A stretch of DNA of 64,000 nucleotides from an uncultured bacterium (GTDB lineage Bacteria; Omnitrophota; Omnitrophia; Omnitrophales; Aquincolibacteriaceae), in the NCBI GenBank assembly GCA_964606385.1, contig CAZSFZ010000009.1:5762-69761 (forward strand), written 5' to 3'. The position numbers were made by a program, and so were the translations under genes. Under the pieces are notes generated by a model that was not told the DNA's origin, did no database searches, and saw nothing but the letters and a program-made list of their open reading frames with translations. This document shows, piece by piece, positions 23,089 to 33,305 of this stretch. Numbering within the stretch: position 1 is the stretch's first letter; each line of letters begins with the position of its first letter.

Positions 23089-24342
23089 ATGGAAGCGATC
23101 GTACTTGCAGCGGGAAAAGGAACGCGGATGGTTTCGGAGCTCCCGAAAGTCCTGCATCCCGTGTTCGGAAAACCGGTGCTTGGTTATGTTTTAGAAGCTT
23201 TGGCGGGAGCCGGTATCAAAGCGCCTTATGTGGTGGTCGGTTACAAAGCCGCGGAAGTCAGCTTTTTTTTGAAACCCTATGGCGCGACGCCCGTGCTTCA
23301 GCGCGAACAAAAGGGGACTGGGCACGCGGTCATGATGGCCAAGGCGGCGCTTAAGAACACCCAGGGCCCGATCCTGATCTGGCCGGGTGATATGCCGCTT
23401 GTAAAACCCGAAACGCTCGAAAAGTTTGTTGCGGCGCATAAAAAATCGCGGGCACATGTCAGCGTTCTGTCCTGCGAACAGCAGGATCCTTTTGGGTACG
23501 GAAGGATCGTGCGGGACGAAGGCCGTTTCGCGGCGATCCGCGAAGAACTGGACGCGACACCGGAAGAGCGAGCGATCCGGGAAGTGAATACCGGCATCTA
23601 TCTTTTTGATAAGAAGGCTTTGTTCGAGGCGCTTGAAAAGATCGGGCAGGATAACCGGAAAGGCGAATATTACCTGACGGACACGGTCGAGATCCTGCGG
23701 CGCGAAGGTTATTGTGTCGAGGCGTTCCCGCTGGCGAGCGCGGAAGAAGGGCAAGGGATCAATTCCAAGAAAGATCTGGCGACCGTGACCCAAAAGATCA
23801 ACGAGCGGGAGATCGCGAAGCATCAGGACAAAGGCGTGACCTTTATGGCGCCGGAGCAGACGTTCGTGGCGCCGGGCGTGAAGATCGGCAAAGGCACGAT
23901 GATCTATCCCTGGTGTTTCATCAAAACCGATGTGGTGATCGGAGAAAATTGCGAGATCGGGCCTTTCGCGAAAATACGCCGCGGCACCGTGATCGGGGAC
24001 GGATCCGTCATCGGGAGTTTTGTGGAAGTGAACCGCAGCCATATCGGCAAAAAGGTTTCCGCCAAGCACTTGGCGTATTTGGGGGACGCGGTGATCGGGG
24101 ACGGTTCGAATATCGGAGCCGGGACGATTACGGCCAATTTTGACGGCAAGAAAAAGCATCAGACGGTCATCGGCAAAGATGTCAGAGTGGGTTCGAATAC
24201 GGTCTTTGTGGCGCCTGTCCGGGTCCCGGACGGAGCGAGGACCGGCGCGGGGTCGGTGGTGATCCCGAAAACGATCATAAAAAAAGGCGATGTGGTCGTC
24301 GGCGTTCCCGCCCGGCCCGTCGCGAAAAAGAAGAAAAGGTAA
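23089..24342 (+). CDS. glmU: Bifunctional UDP-GlcNAc pyrophosphorylase / GlcN-1-P N-acetyltransferase
   Basis: 'MEAIVLAAGKGTRM' NTP-transferase N-terminus plus C-terminal left-handed beta-helix hexapeptide repeats. Confidence 0.85.
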   Translation: MEAIVLAAGKGTRMVSELPKVLHPVFGKPVLGYVLEALAGAGIKAPYVVVGYKAAEVSFFLKPYGATPVLQREQKGTGHAVMMAKAALKNTQGPILIWPGDMPLVKPETLEKFVAAHKKSRAHVSVLSCEQQDPFGYGRIVRDEGRFAAIREELDATPEERAIREVNTGIYLFDKKALFEALEKIGQDNRKGEYYLTDTVEILRREGYCVEAFPLASAEEGQGINSKKDLATVTQKINEREIAKHQDKGVTFMAPEQTFVAPGVKIGKGTMIYPWCFIKTDVVIGENCEIGPFAKIRRGTVIGDGSVIGSFVEVNRSHIGKKVSAKHLAYLGDAVIGDGSNIGAGTITANFDGKKKHQTVIGKDVRVGSNTVFVAPVRVPDGARTGAGSVVIPKTIIKKGDVVVGVPARPVAKKKKR

Positions 24343-24351
24343 GGTGTCCTT

Positions 24352-25341
24352 ATGGTGAAGATCGCGAAGTCCCAGATCAAAAAATTGAACGGGGATATGG
24401 TCCTCCTGACGGGAAGCTCCAACCCGGTGCTGGCCCAGGAGATCGCCCAGCAGCTCAATATCCCGCTCGGGGATATCCTGCTCGGCCGTTTTCCCGAAGG
24501 GGAGATCCAGCTGCAGATCCGCGACAACATACGCGGGAAGGACGTTTTTATCATTCAGCCGACCTGCACGCCGCCGAACGAGAGTTTGATGGAGCTTTTG
24601 ATCCTGATCGACGCCGCGCGCCGCGCCTCGGCCAAACGGATCACGGCCGTCCTGCCTTTCTTCGGTTACGCCCGCCAGGACCGCAAAGACCGGCCGCGCG
24701 TGCCGATCACGGCCAAACTTGTGGCGAATCTGATCGTGAGCGCCGGCGCGAACCGGGTCCTCACCATGGACCTTCACGCGGGGCAGATCCAGGGATTTTT
24801 CGATATCCCGGTGGACCACCTCTATTCGATCAACGTGATGGGGGCCTATTTCAAGAAAAAGAAGATCAAGGACCTTGTGGTCGTTTCCCCGGACGTGGGC
24901 GGGATCAAGATGGCGCGCGGGTACGCGAAACTGTTCAATTGCGATTTCGCGATCGTGGACAAACGCCGCGAGAGCGCTTCCCAGACGCATGTCATGCACA
25001 TCATCGGTTCCGTGAAAGGGAAGAACGTGGTCATTATCGATGATATGATCTCGACGGGCGGTTCCCTCGTAGAAGCGGCCCGGGCGCTCAAACAGGCCGG
25101 GGCATTGGACATCTATGCTAACATTGTGCACCCGGTCCTCGCGGGAAGCGCCGTGGAGAGGATCCAAGGTTCCGTCATCAAGGAACTGATCGTGACGAAC
25201 AGTATCCCGCTCCCGAAAGAAAAACGGATCAAAAAGATCACGCAGCTTTCGATCGCCTCGCTTCTGGCCGACGCGATCTGCCGTATCCATTACAATGTTT
25301 CGATCAGCACTCTTTTTTCAGGATCAGGAGTCGAAGCGTAA
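24352..25341 (+). CDS. prs: Ribose-phosphate pyrophosphokinase
   Basis: 'FPEGEIQLQIRDNIRGKDVFIIQPTC', 'DLHAGQIQGFFDIPVDHL', 'IIDDMISTGGS'. Confidence 0.9.
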   Translation: MVKIAKSQIKKLNGDMVLLTGSSNPVLAQEIAQQLNIPLGDILLGRFPEGEIQLQIRDNIRGKDVFIIQPTCTPPNESLMELLILIDAARRASAKRITAVLPFFGYARQDRKDRPRVPITAKLVANLIVSAGANRVLTMDLHAGQIQGFFDIPVDHLYSINVMGAYFKKKKIKDLVVVSPDVGGIKMARGYAKLFNCDFAIVDKRRESASQTHVMHIIGSVKGKNVVIIDDMISTGGSLVEAARALKQAGALDIYANIVHPVLAGSAVERIQGSVIKELIVTNSIPLPKEKRIKKITQLSIASLLADAICRIHYNVSISTLFSGSGVEA

Positions 25342-25413
25342 CCAAGGATCGTAGTGAACCGAACAAGAGGGAAGTTGCTTCCGTCTTAATCAATACAACA
25401 GGAGGAATTTTCA

Positions 25414-26142
25414 ATGCAAACATTCGAACTGCAAGCCAAACAGCGCACGATCGGCGGGACCCGTAAAGCCCGGGCCGTCCGCCGTAATGAAATGTTCCCG
25501 GCCGTGGTCTACGGTCACGGGATGGAACCGCTCGCGATCGAAGTGCCGGACAAGGCGTTCCTCAAGGCCATTCACACCAAGGCCGGCGCGAACGTGCTGA
25601 TCAGCCTTCAGGTCGAAGGCGTGAAGATGAAAGAATCGACCTGCCGGATTAAGGCGATCCAGCATAACCCTGTCACGGATAAGATCGACCACATCGATTT
25701 TATGGTCATTTCGCTCACAGAAAAGATCACGGTCAAAGTGCCGATCGTCCTGCTCCACATCGAGGACGCGCCTGGTATCAAGGAAGGCGGATCGCTGGAC
25801 CTCGTGCACCGCGAGATCGAAGTCGAATGTTTGCCGACCCAGATCCCGGAAAAGATCGAGATCGAGACCAAGGCCATGAAGATCAACGATTCGGTCCACG
25901 CCAAGGACCTGACGCTTCCTCAAGGGGTTCAATGCATGCTGCCTCAAGACGAGGTGGTGGTCGCGATCCATCCTCCTCGCGCGGAAGAAGTGAAACCCGC
26001 TGAAGAAGGGGCCGCGGAACCGGAAGTGATCGAGAAGGGCAAGAAGGAGAAGGAAGGCGAAGAAGGAGCGGCACCGAAAGCCGCGCCTGCCGCGGGAGCC
26101 AAACCCGCCGCGCCTGCTGCTCCGCCGAAAGACGGGAAATAA
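25414..26142 (+). CDS. rplY: Ribosomal protein bL25 (Ctc form) with a low-complexity Ala/Pro/Lys C-terminal tail
   Basis: 'MQTFELQAKQRTIGGTRKARAVRRNEMFPAVVYGHG' and the rest of the 242-aa protein match the L25/Ctc pattern. Confidence 0.85.
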   Translation: MQTFELQAKQRTIGGTRKARAVRRNEMFPAVVYGHGMEPLAIEVPDKAFLKAIHTKAGANVLISLQVEGVKMKESTCRIKAIQHNPVTDKIDHIDFMVISLTEKITVKVPIVLLHIEDAPGIKEGGSLDLVHREIEVECLPTQIPEKIEIETKAMKINDSVHAKDLTLPQGVQCMLPQDEVVVAIHPPRAEEVKPAEEGAAEPEVIEKGKKEKEGEEGAAPKAAPAAGAKPAAPAAPPKDGK

Positions 26143-26197
26143 CGAACGATCTTCCGGGTGTCGGGACGGTTGGACCCGGGATCTGTGGAGAGCTCTG

Positions 26198-26806
26198 ATG
26201 AAGCTCATTGTGGGGCTTGGGAATCCCGGAGAGGAATACGCCCGGACGCGTCACAACATCGGCCGCCGGTTGGTGGAACACATTGTTTTCCAGGAGAACG
26301 TCAAGTTCGCCTCCAAGAAGTCCCAGAAATCGGCCTTGTCCTCGGTCTGGTGGGAGGGGGAGGTCATCCAGCTGGCGCACCCGCTGACCTACATGAATCT
26401 TTCCGGCGAGGCGGTCGCGTTGCTTGTGAAATATTGGAAGGTCGCCCCGGCCAAGGACCTTTTGATCGTCGTGGATGATGTCGCGCTGCCTTTCGGAAAA
26501 TTCCGGTTGCGGGGCGAAGGAAGTCCGGGCGGGCACAACGGCCTGGTTTCGATCGAGGATCATCTCGGGACCCGTGAGTATCCGAGGCTCCGGATCGGGA
26601 TCGGTCCCGAAGGAAGTCCCGGGGAAGGTCCGGCGTGGGACGAAGGTGCCTTAAAAGATTTTGTGCTTTCTTCGTTTAGCACCGCGGAAGAGAAGAAAAT
26701 ACCGGGGCTTCTCGCGAAGGGCATGGAAGCGTGCCGCGCCTGGGCCCTGGAGCCTTTGGTCAAGGCCATGAACCGGTTCAACGCCTCGGATCCGGAACGG
26801 CCCTAG
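26198..26806 (+). CDS. pth: Peptidyl-tRNA hydrolase
   Basis: 'MKLIVGLGNPGEEYARTRHNIG'. Confidence 0.9.
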   Translation: MKLIVGLGNPGEEYARTRHNIGRRLVEHIVFQENVKFASKKSQKSALSSVWWEGEVIQLAHPLTYMNLSGEAVALLVKYWKVAPAKDLLIVVDDVALPFGKFRLRGEGSPGGHNGLVSIEDHLGTREYPRLRIGIGPEGSPGEGPAWDEGALKDFVLSSFSTAEEKKIPGLLAKGMEACRAWALEPLVKAMNRFNASDPERP

Positions 26807-26829
26807 AGGCGTTTTATTTATTGAGAATC

Positions 26830-27045
26830 AGAGTTGCCCAAGAGAGGCATTTGTGTTACATTGTGTCCTCTTTTAGCCTTTTCGAAGGTCTCAAAACTTC
26901 ATAACTGCTTCTGTAGCTTCTGTTTATGAAACTTACGGGAAAAGTTATCATTTAAATCCAGCACTGCGTTTTTTAAAATTCGAAGGATTCGCAGTGCAGT
27001 ACCGTTAGCCATGAATAAAAAATAAATGGAGAACGGTGCCAGCCG
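26830..27045 (+). promoter_or_regulatory. AT-rich structured leader upstream of rpsF; candidate ribosomal-protein leader or small ncRNA
   Basis: ~215 nt at ~38% GC in a 60% GC genome. Hairpin ccagcactgcg...cgcagtgcag. Sits in front of the rpsF-ssb-rpsR-rplI operon. Confidence 0.3.
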
Positions 27046-27060
27046 TTGAGGGAGTGTGTG

Positions 27061-27402
27061 ATGAAAAAATACGAAGGGTTGTTCATTTTTTCGCCGGAGA
27101 TCACGGGGGAGAGTCAGAAAGACCCTGCCGCCGAAGTCACGAAATGGATCGAGAAGTTCCAGGGCAAGGTGGTCCAGAAGACCGATCTCGGGAAAAAATC
27201 GCTCGGGCATATGATCGGCAAATATAAAGAAGGCCGGACGCTCGTGTTCGATTTTGAAATGGACCCCTCCCGGACCCAGGAATTCCGCAAGGAACTGGAG
27301 CTTCAGGAGAATCTTTTGAAATACATGGTGAGCATTCCCGCGAAGAAGCCGGCCCTGCCGCCTCTTCCGGCCGCTCCCGCCGCAGCAACGCCGAAAGCAT
27401 AA
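27061..27402 (+). CDS. rpsF: Ribosomal protein bS6
   Basis: 'MKKYEGLFIFSPEI'. Start is at the internal ATG with a GAGGGAG RBS. Confidence 0.85.
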   Translation: MKKYEGLFIFSPEITGESQKDPAAEVTKWIEKFQGKVVQKTDLGKKSLGHMIGKYKEGRTLVFDFEMDPSRTQEFRKELELQENLLKYMVSIPAKKPALPPLPAAPAAATPKA

Positions 27403-27434
27403 TCAACCCAGCACACAACCATATCGGGTGACCT

Positions 27435-27920
27435 ATGGCCGTCAGTTTAAATAAAGTGATGTTGATCGGGAACCTCACCCGTGATCCGGAACTCCGCTAC
27501 ATCCCTTCAGGGCAGGCCGTGACGACTTTCACGATCGCGGTCAACCGCACGTTCAATTCCAAGGCCGGCGAAAAGAAAGAAGAAGTCTGCTTCATCCGGA
27601 TCGTGGTCTGGGCGCGCCTCGCGGAGATCTGCAACGAATACCTTAAAAAAGGCCGTTCCGTTTTTGTGGAAGGAAGGATCCAGACGCGGAGCTGGGACGG
27701 TCCGGACGGGAACAAGCGTTATTCCACCGAAGTGGTCGCCGACAACGTGCAGTTCCTCGGCGCGAAATCGGGCGGCGGCAAAGGCGACGCGGGCGATGTG
27801 CCGACCATGGATGTAGACGACAGTATTTTTGAAGCTCCGGAAGGCAGCGCGCCTTCCAAAAAGGGTTCCGTCTCCGTTTCTAAGGATGAGCTGAAACCCG
27901 ACGAAGAAATTCCGTTCTAG
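27435..27920 (+). CDS. ssb: Single-stranded DNA-binding protein
   Basis: 'LNKVMLIGNLTRDPELRY...G' OB fold and acidic C-terminal 'DEEIPF'. Confidence 0.9.
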   Translation: MAVSLNKVMLIGNLTRDPELRYIPSGQAVTTFTIAVNRTFNSKAGEKKEEVCFIRIVVWARLAEICNEYLKKGRSVFVEGRIQTRSWDGPDGNKRYSTEVVADNVQFLGAKSGGGKGDAGDVPTMDVDDSIFEAPEGSAPSKKGSVSVSKDELKPDEEIPF

Positions 27921-28017
27921 GACTGCGTTACGATCCGTTTTACGGGTTTGCCGTATGGTACCGTTAACCCGTAAAAATAAATAAATAGCGGTACTCATCA
28001 ACCAGGTGTAAAAGAAC

Positions 28018-28338
28018 ATGAAACCGAGATCCTCTTCAAGATTTGGAAAAGACGAAAAGAAAAAACCTTTCGATAAGAATGCCCGCGGTCCCAAAAAAGG
28101 CGAAAAGGGTTACGGCTCCCCGAGCCGCGCTCCTTCCCGGCCGCAGCGCAAACGCATGCGCCGTGTCCTGCCGCACATGGATTACAAAGATGTGGAAGCG
28201 CTCGGCAAGTACATCACGGAGAAGGGCAAGATCCTTCCGCGCCGCATCACGAGGCTGAGCTCGAAAGACCAGAGGACGCTCACGCGGCTTATCAAGAAAT
28301 CACGGCATGCGGGGCTTTTGCCGTTCCAGGCGAACTGA
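28018..28338 (+). CDS. rpsR: Ribosomal protein bS18 with a ~45-aa basic N-terminal extension
   Basis: '[50 protein letters not shown]'. Confidence 0.8.
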   Translation: MKPRSSSRFGKDEKKKPFDKNARGPKKGEKGYGSPSRAPSRPQRKRMRRVLPHMDYKDVEALGKYITEKGKILPRRITRLSSKDQRTLTRLIKKSRHAGLLPFQAN

Positions 28339-28380
28339 TCGCCCGCTCATTTTAATTCAATAGAAAAGGGGAATTGATCC

Positions 28381-28836
28381 ATGGAATTATTGCTTTTGAA
28401 GAACGTGCCGGATGTCGGCAAAAAAGGTGATGTCGTGCGCGTGCGCGACGGATTCGCCCGGAATTTCCTGATCCCGCAGGATCTCGCGATCCCGGCGACG
28501 CGCGCCAACAAGGAATTTTTCGCGGAAAAACGCGCCCGCAGCGCCGCGCGCAAGCTGAAGGAAAAAGAAGCGGCCGAAAAACGCGCCAAGGACATGAAGG
28601 ACCTGAAGATCTCGCTCACGGTCCGCGCGGGAGAAGGGGACAAGCTTTACGGGTCCGTGACGGCCGAAGACCTCCGCGTCGAACTTGAAAAGCAGGGTTA
28701 CAGCTTCGAGAAAAAACAGGTCCGCATCAAGGACCCTTTGAAGACCCTGGGCACGCATCAGGTGGATCTGGAGATCTACCCGCAGGTCAAGACGCGCCTG
28801 ACGGTCGAGCTCGTCCGCAGCGCCGAGTCCCATTAA
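28381..28836 (+). CDS. rplI: Ribosomal protein bL9
   Basis: 'MELLLLKNVPDVGKKGDVVRVRDGFARNFLIPQ'. Confidence 0.85.
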   Translation: MELLLLKNVPDVGKKGDVVRVRDGFARNFLIPQDLAIPATRANKEFFAEKRARSAARKLKEKEAAEKRAKDMKDLKISLTVRAGEGDKLYGSVTAEDLRVELEKQGYSFEKKQVRIKDPLKTLGTHQVDLEIYPQVKTRLTVELVRSAESH

Positions 28837-28911
28837 TCCGTAGTCCCGTCGCCGTTCGGAGCATGATGTCCTGGTTCCGGCGGCCGTTTTAAACCTCTTT
28901 AGAGGTCTTTT

Positions 28912-30276
28912 GTGGCTGAATTAAAGACAACGGTCAATTCGTACGAGAAACTTCCGCCCCAGAACCGCGAAGCCGAAATGAGCGTTCTGGGCGCGATGTT
29001 TTTTGACGAGATCGCCCTCGCGAAGGCCATCGAGACCCTCACCCCGGATTTTTTCTACGACCAGCGTCATCAGAACATTTTCACCGCGATGACGGAACTT
29101 TTTTCCAAGAACCACCCCGTGGACCTCATCACCGTCTCCGAAGAGCTCAAGAAGCGCAAGCAGCTTGACGAAGTGGGCGGGATCAGCTACCTGACGCAGC
29201 TTACCACGATCGTTCCGACCGCCGCCAACATCGAACATTACGCCCGCATCGTCAAAGACAAGGCGCTCCTGCGCAAGCTCATCCAGTCCGGCACGCAGAT
29301 CGTGCAGGCGAGCCTTGAAGCGGACGGAAATGCCCGGGAAATGATCGACAGCGCGGAAAAAATGATCTTTGATATCGGTCAGTCCCAGATCGAGAACAAG
29401 ACCGTGCAGATCAAGGATATCATCCATGAGAGCATGGAAACGATCGACCAGCTCTTCCAGCGCAAGGAACACATCACGGGGGTCGCGACCGGCTTTCATG
29501 AATTTGATATGAAGACCGCCGGGCTGCAGCCTTCGGACCTTGTGATCGTGGCGGGACGCCCCTCCATGGGAAAATCCGCGTTCGCGACCGCGATCTGCGA
29601 ACACGCCGGCATCAACCTGAAAAAACCGGTCGTGATCTTCTCGCTTGAAATGAGCAAGGAACAGCTTGTGCAGAGGATGCTCTGTTCGCATGCCCGCGTG
29701 GACGCGCAAAAGGTCCGCACCGGATACCTTTCGCACCAGGACTGGCCGAAATTGACGAGTGCCGCGGGAAAACTTTCGGAAGCGCCGATCTTCATCGATG
29801 ATACGCCCGGACAGACCGTGCTCGAGATCCGCGCGAAGGCGCGCCGCCTCAAAATGAAACACGATATCTCCCTCGTCGTGATCGATTATTTGCAGCTCAT
29901 GCAGGCCGCCAAGCCCACCGAGAACAGGCAACAGGAAATTTCGGAGATCTCCCGCTCGCTCAAGGCGCTCGCGCGCGAACTCAGGGTCCCCGTGATCGCG
30001 GTGAGCCAGCTGTCGCGCGCCGTGGAGTCGCGGACCGGCAACCGTCCCCAGCTTTCCGACCTCCGGGAGTCCGGCGCGATCGAACAGGATGCGGACGTTG
30101 TTGTATTTTTGTTCCGGGAGGAGTATTATCAGCCATCCGAAGAGAACAAAAACAAGGCCGAGGCGATCATCGCCAAGCAGCGTAACGGCCCGACGGGCGC
30201 GATCCCGCTCGTGTTCTTGAAGGAATGGACGCGTTTCGATAATCCGGAATTTTTCAGGTCAGAGGAGTCTGCATGA
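28912..30276 (+). CDS. dnaB: Replicative DNA helicase
   Basis: Walker A 'GRPSMGKSAFA', 'VIDYLQLM'. 454 aa. Confidence 0.9.
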   Translation: MAELKTTVNSYEKLPPQNREAEMSVLGAMFFDEIALAKAIETLTPDFFYDQRHQNIFTAMTELFSKNHPVDLITVSEELKKRKQLDEVGGISYLTQLTTIVPTAANIEHYARIVKDKALLRKLIQSGTQIVQASLEADGNAREMIDSAEKMIFDIGQSQIENKTVQIKDIIHESMETIDQLFQRKEHITGVATGFHEFDMKTAGLQPSDLVIVAGRPSMGKSAFATAICEHAGINLKKPVVIFSLEMSKEQLVQRMLCSHARVDAQKVRTGYLSHQDWPKLTSAAGKLSEAPIFIDDTPGQTVLEIRAKARRLKMKHDISLVVIDYLQLMQAAKPTENRQQEISEISRSLKALARELRVPVIAVSQLSRAVESRTGNRPQLSDLRESGAIEQDADVVVFLFREEYYQPSEENKNKAEAIIAKQRNGPTGAIPLVFLKEWTRFDNPEFFRSEESA

Positions 30277-32738
30277 GGCGTTGGGTCATTCTGTTTTTGA
30301 TGGTGCTTCTATGCGGGCCCTTTTCTTCGCAGGTTTTCGCGGAAGATACGGCCGCTACGACCGAGGCCGCACCGGCCGCGGCCGAACAACCCGTCCCTGC
30401 CGCTGCTTCCAATCAGCCCGAGGAGGCGGTTCCGGCGGCTCCCGCTCCGGAGACCCCGGTCCAAGCCCCCGCGGCCGAACCCGTAGTAGCTCCTGCTGAA
30501 GCACCTGCCGCATCCGTCCCGCAACCCCCTCAAAAAACCGTCGTGTCGGTGGACGTGCGCGGGAACCGCATCGTCAGCACGAACACGATCCTGAGCAAGA
30601 TCCAGACCAAGCAGGGATTGACCCTCAAACAGCAGACCGTGAATGAGGATATCAAGCGTCTTTATGGCACCGGTTTTTTTGAGGACGTAAAGCTGGAAGT
30701 CGAAGAGCTTCCTGAAGGCTTTAAATTAATCGTGGTGGTGGAGGAAAAACCCATCATCAAGCAGATCGTGATCGAAGGGGCCACCTCCTTTAAAGAAGAC
30801 AAGCTTCGTAAAACCTTGGGCGTGATGGAAGGCCAGATCCTTGACCGCAAGGCCGTCAAAAAAGGCGAGGAAGAGATCCGCAAACTTTACGCGGACAAAG
30901 GATACCGGTTCGTGGACCTTCAGGCGGAAGTGAACGTCGATCCGCAAACCAAAGAAGCTGTGGTCACGATCAAAGTCTTTGAAGGAAAAAAATTCAAGAT
31001 CACCAAGATCTCTTTTGAGGGGAATCAGTCCTTCAAGACCAAAGAGCTTCAAAAGCTCATGAAGACGAAAGAAAAGAAATGGTTCCTGTTCGGCACCTTC
31101 AAGGAAGGTGATTTCGAAAAAGACCTTGAGAAGATTGCTTTCTTTTATCAAAAGGAAGGTTATCTGGATGTGAAAGTGGTGCCGGCCTTCGATTACAATA
31201 AAGATCAGAACACCATCCAGATCCTCATCAAGATCGACGAGGGACAGCACTACGTGACTGGCGAGGTCCGTTTCAAAGGCAACACGATCTTCCCGGAATC
31301 CGAGCTTTGGCAGCAGCTTGAGATGCTCCCCGGTTTGACCTATTCCCAGTATTACGTGTCGCAGGACATGGAGAAGATCCGCCAGTTCTACGCGAACGAA
31401 GGTTATATAGAAGCCCGTGTGGTGCCGGACGTAAAGCTCAACCGTGATACGGGGAAGGTGGATGTTGTTTATGAGATCCAGGAAGGGGACCTCTATTTTG
31501 TGGAGAAGGTCCAGATCCGTGGGAACACCAAGACCCGCGACAAGGTGATCCGCCGCGAACTCCGCATCCGTCCGGGAGAACGCTTCGATGGTAAAAAGAT
31601 CGAGAAGTCTAAGGAACGCCTTCAAAACCTTAATTATTTTGAAGAGATCACCTATGATACCGAGCCGACCGATGCCGGTGCGAACCGTAAGGATCTCATC
31701 TTCCGGGTGAAAGAAAAGCGCACCGGGGAACTTTCTTTCGGCGGCGGCATTAGCTCGATCGATACGTTCATGGGGTTTGCCGAGATCTCGCAGCGCAATT
31801 TTGATATTCTCAATTGGCCTCGCTTCACGGGCGGCGGTCAATCCCTTTCGATCCGCGGGCAGATCGGCACGATCCATCAGGAGTACGATGTCAGCTTTGT
31901 GGAACCCTATCTTTTCAACAAACCTATCTCCTGGGGGACCAACCTTTTCCTCACTTCGCAGGACAATAAGAACACCCTTTTCGGAGAAAGACGGATGGGG
32001 GCCTCTACGACCTTGTCCCGTCTTTTTAAGGATGTTCTCCGAGTGGGCGGCGGCTACACGCTTGAACGCGTCGAACTCAGGGATATTGCGAGCAATGCGC
32101 CGACCTCCGTTACGGATTTTGACGGACCGGACTGGCTTTCCCGGCTTCGCGCTTTCACGACCTTTGATAACCGCGACAACGTCTTCAGCCCGACCAAGGG
32201 CCGCGTGGTCAATTTTGGCGGTGATCTGATCGGCAGTATCCTGGGCGGCGATCAGGAGTACTACATCCTGCGCGGCGGATATACGGAATACCTCACGTTC
32301 CACAAAAAACACCAGGTTGAATTCCAGGCACATTTGGCCACCTCCCAGTCTTTCGGGAAAACATCCACCACCCCTGCGTATGACCGGTTCTTTGCCGGCG
32401 GTCTCGGAACCGTTCGCGGTTTCAATTACCGCCGCGTGGGTCCCCAGGAGGACGGGGAGGCCGTGGGCGGTCAGACCATGGCGATCTTCAACCTGGACTA
32501 TTCGTTCCCGCTGCCATGGCTTGACGCCTTCCGCGGCGTGGTGTTCATTGATGCGGGTAATGTTAGCAGCGATTCCTATAATATCGATTTCGGCAAGTTT
32601 TCACTGAGCACCGGCCCTGGGATCAAGGTCAAAACCCCGATCGGTCCTTTGGCCTTCTACTACGGAATTCCGATCGCGAACCGGGACACCAAGGACCGGA
32701 ACGGCCGTTTCGAGTTCAGCCTGAGCCGCAGCTTCTAA
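30273..32738 (+). CDS. bamA: Outer membrane protein assembly factor BamA with an ~80-aa Ala/Pro-rich N-terminal linker
   Basis: POTRA repeats then a 16-strand barrel ending '...FEFSLSRSF'. Low-complexity AP-rich segment after the signal peptide. Confidence 0.85.
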   Translation: MRRWVILFLMVLLCGPFSSQVFAEDTAATTEAAPAAAEQPVPAAASNQPEEAVPAAPAPETPVQAPAAEPVVAPAEAPAASVPQPPQKTVVSVDVRGNRIVSTNTILSKIQTKQGLTLKQQTVNEDIKRLYGTGFFEDVKLEVEELPEGFKLIVVVEEKPIIKQIVIEGATSFKEDKLRKTLGVMEGQILDRKAVKKGEEEIRKLYADKGYRFVDLQAEVNVDPQTKEAVVTIKVFEGKKFKITKISFEGNQSFKTKELQKLMKTKEKKWFLFGTFKEGDFEKDLEKIAFFYQKEGYLDVKVVPAFDYNKDQNTIQILIKIDEGQHYVTGEVRFKGNTIFPESELWQQLEMLPGLTYSQYYVSQDMEKIRQFYANEGYIEARVVPDVKLNRDTGKVDVVYEIQEGDLYFVEKVQIRGNTKTRDKVIRRELRIRPGERFDGKKIEKSKERLQNLNYFEEITYDTEPTDAGANRKDLIFRVKEKRTGELSFGGGISSIDTFMGFAEISQRNFDILNWPRFTGGGQSLSIRGQIGTIHQEYDVSFVEPYLFNKPISWGTNLFLTSQDNKNTLFGERRMGASTTLSRLFKDVLRVGGGYTLERVELRDIASNAPTSVTDFDGPDWLSRLRAFTTFDNRDNVFSPTKGRVVNFGGDLIGSILGGDQEYYILRGGYTEYLTFHKKHQVEFQAHLATSQSFGKTSTTPAYDRFFAGGLGTVRGFNYRRVGPQEDGEAVGGQTMAIFNLDYSFPLPWLDAFRGVVFIDAGNVSSDSYNIDFGKFSLSTGPGIKVKTPIGPLAFYYGIPIANRDTKDRNGRFEFSLSRSF

Positions 32739-32781
32739 GATCTTTCAACTATCGTTCCAGATAAAAAAAAGGAGAAACACC

Positions 32782-33294
32782 ATGAACCGTAAAATGACAG
32801 CAGGTTTTTTAGCGATCCTGATGATGTTGGGCATGAGCCTTCCGGCGTTCGCGGTCGAAATGAAAGTCGCGTATGTCGATGTGGGTGAGGTTTTTGACAA
32901 TTACCAGAAGACCAAGGACCAGGACCTGGTGCTCAAAACCGCGGGAGAAGCCAAAGAAAAAGAACGTAATGACATGATGGCCAAGATCCGCTCGATGGAA
33001 GACGAATTGGCCCTTTTGGCCGCCGACGCCCGCGCCACCAAACAGGAACAGCTGATCGAAAAGAAGCGCCAGCTCGAGGATTTTGACCGCAACGTCCGCC
33101 AGCAGCTCGCGGAACAGCGCGACAAGGTGGTGCGCGAGATCTTCCAGGAGATCGATGTGATCGTTCAGGACCTTTCGACCAAGGGCGGTTACGACATGAT
33201 CTTCAATAAGCGCGTGCTGCTCGCCCAGAAGAAGACATTCGATATCACGGCCCAGGTCTCCGCGGAGCTCGCGAAGAAATACAAGAAGGCCTGA
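32782..33294 (+). CDS. skp: Periplasmic chaperone Skp (OmpH family)
   Basis: Signal peptide plus coiled-coil-rich 170 aa. Conserved position after bamA. Confidence 0.75.
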   Translation: MNRKMTAGFLAILMMLGMSLPAFAVEMKVAYVDVGEVFDNYQKTKDQDLVLKTAGEAKEKERNDMMAKIRSMEDELALLAADARATKQEQLIEKKRQLEDFDRNVRQQLAEQRDKVVREIFQEIDVIVQDLSTKGGYDMIFNKRVLLAQKKTFDITAQVSAELAKKYKKA

Positions 33295-33305
33295 ACCGGA
33301 AAGTA

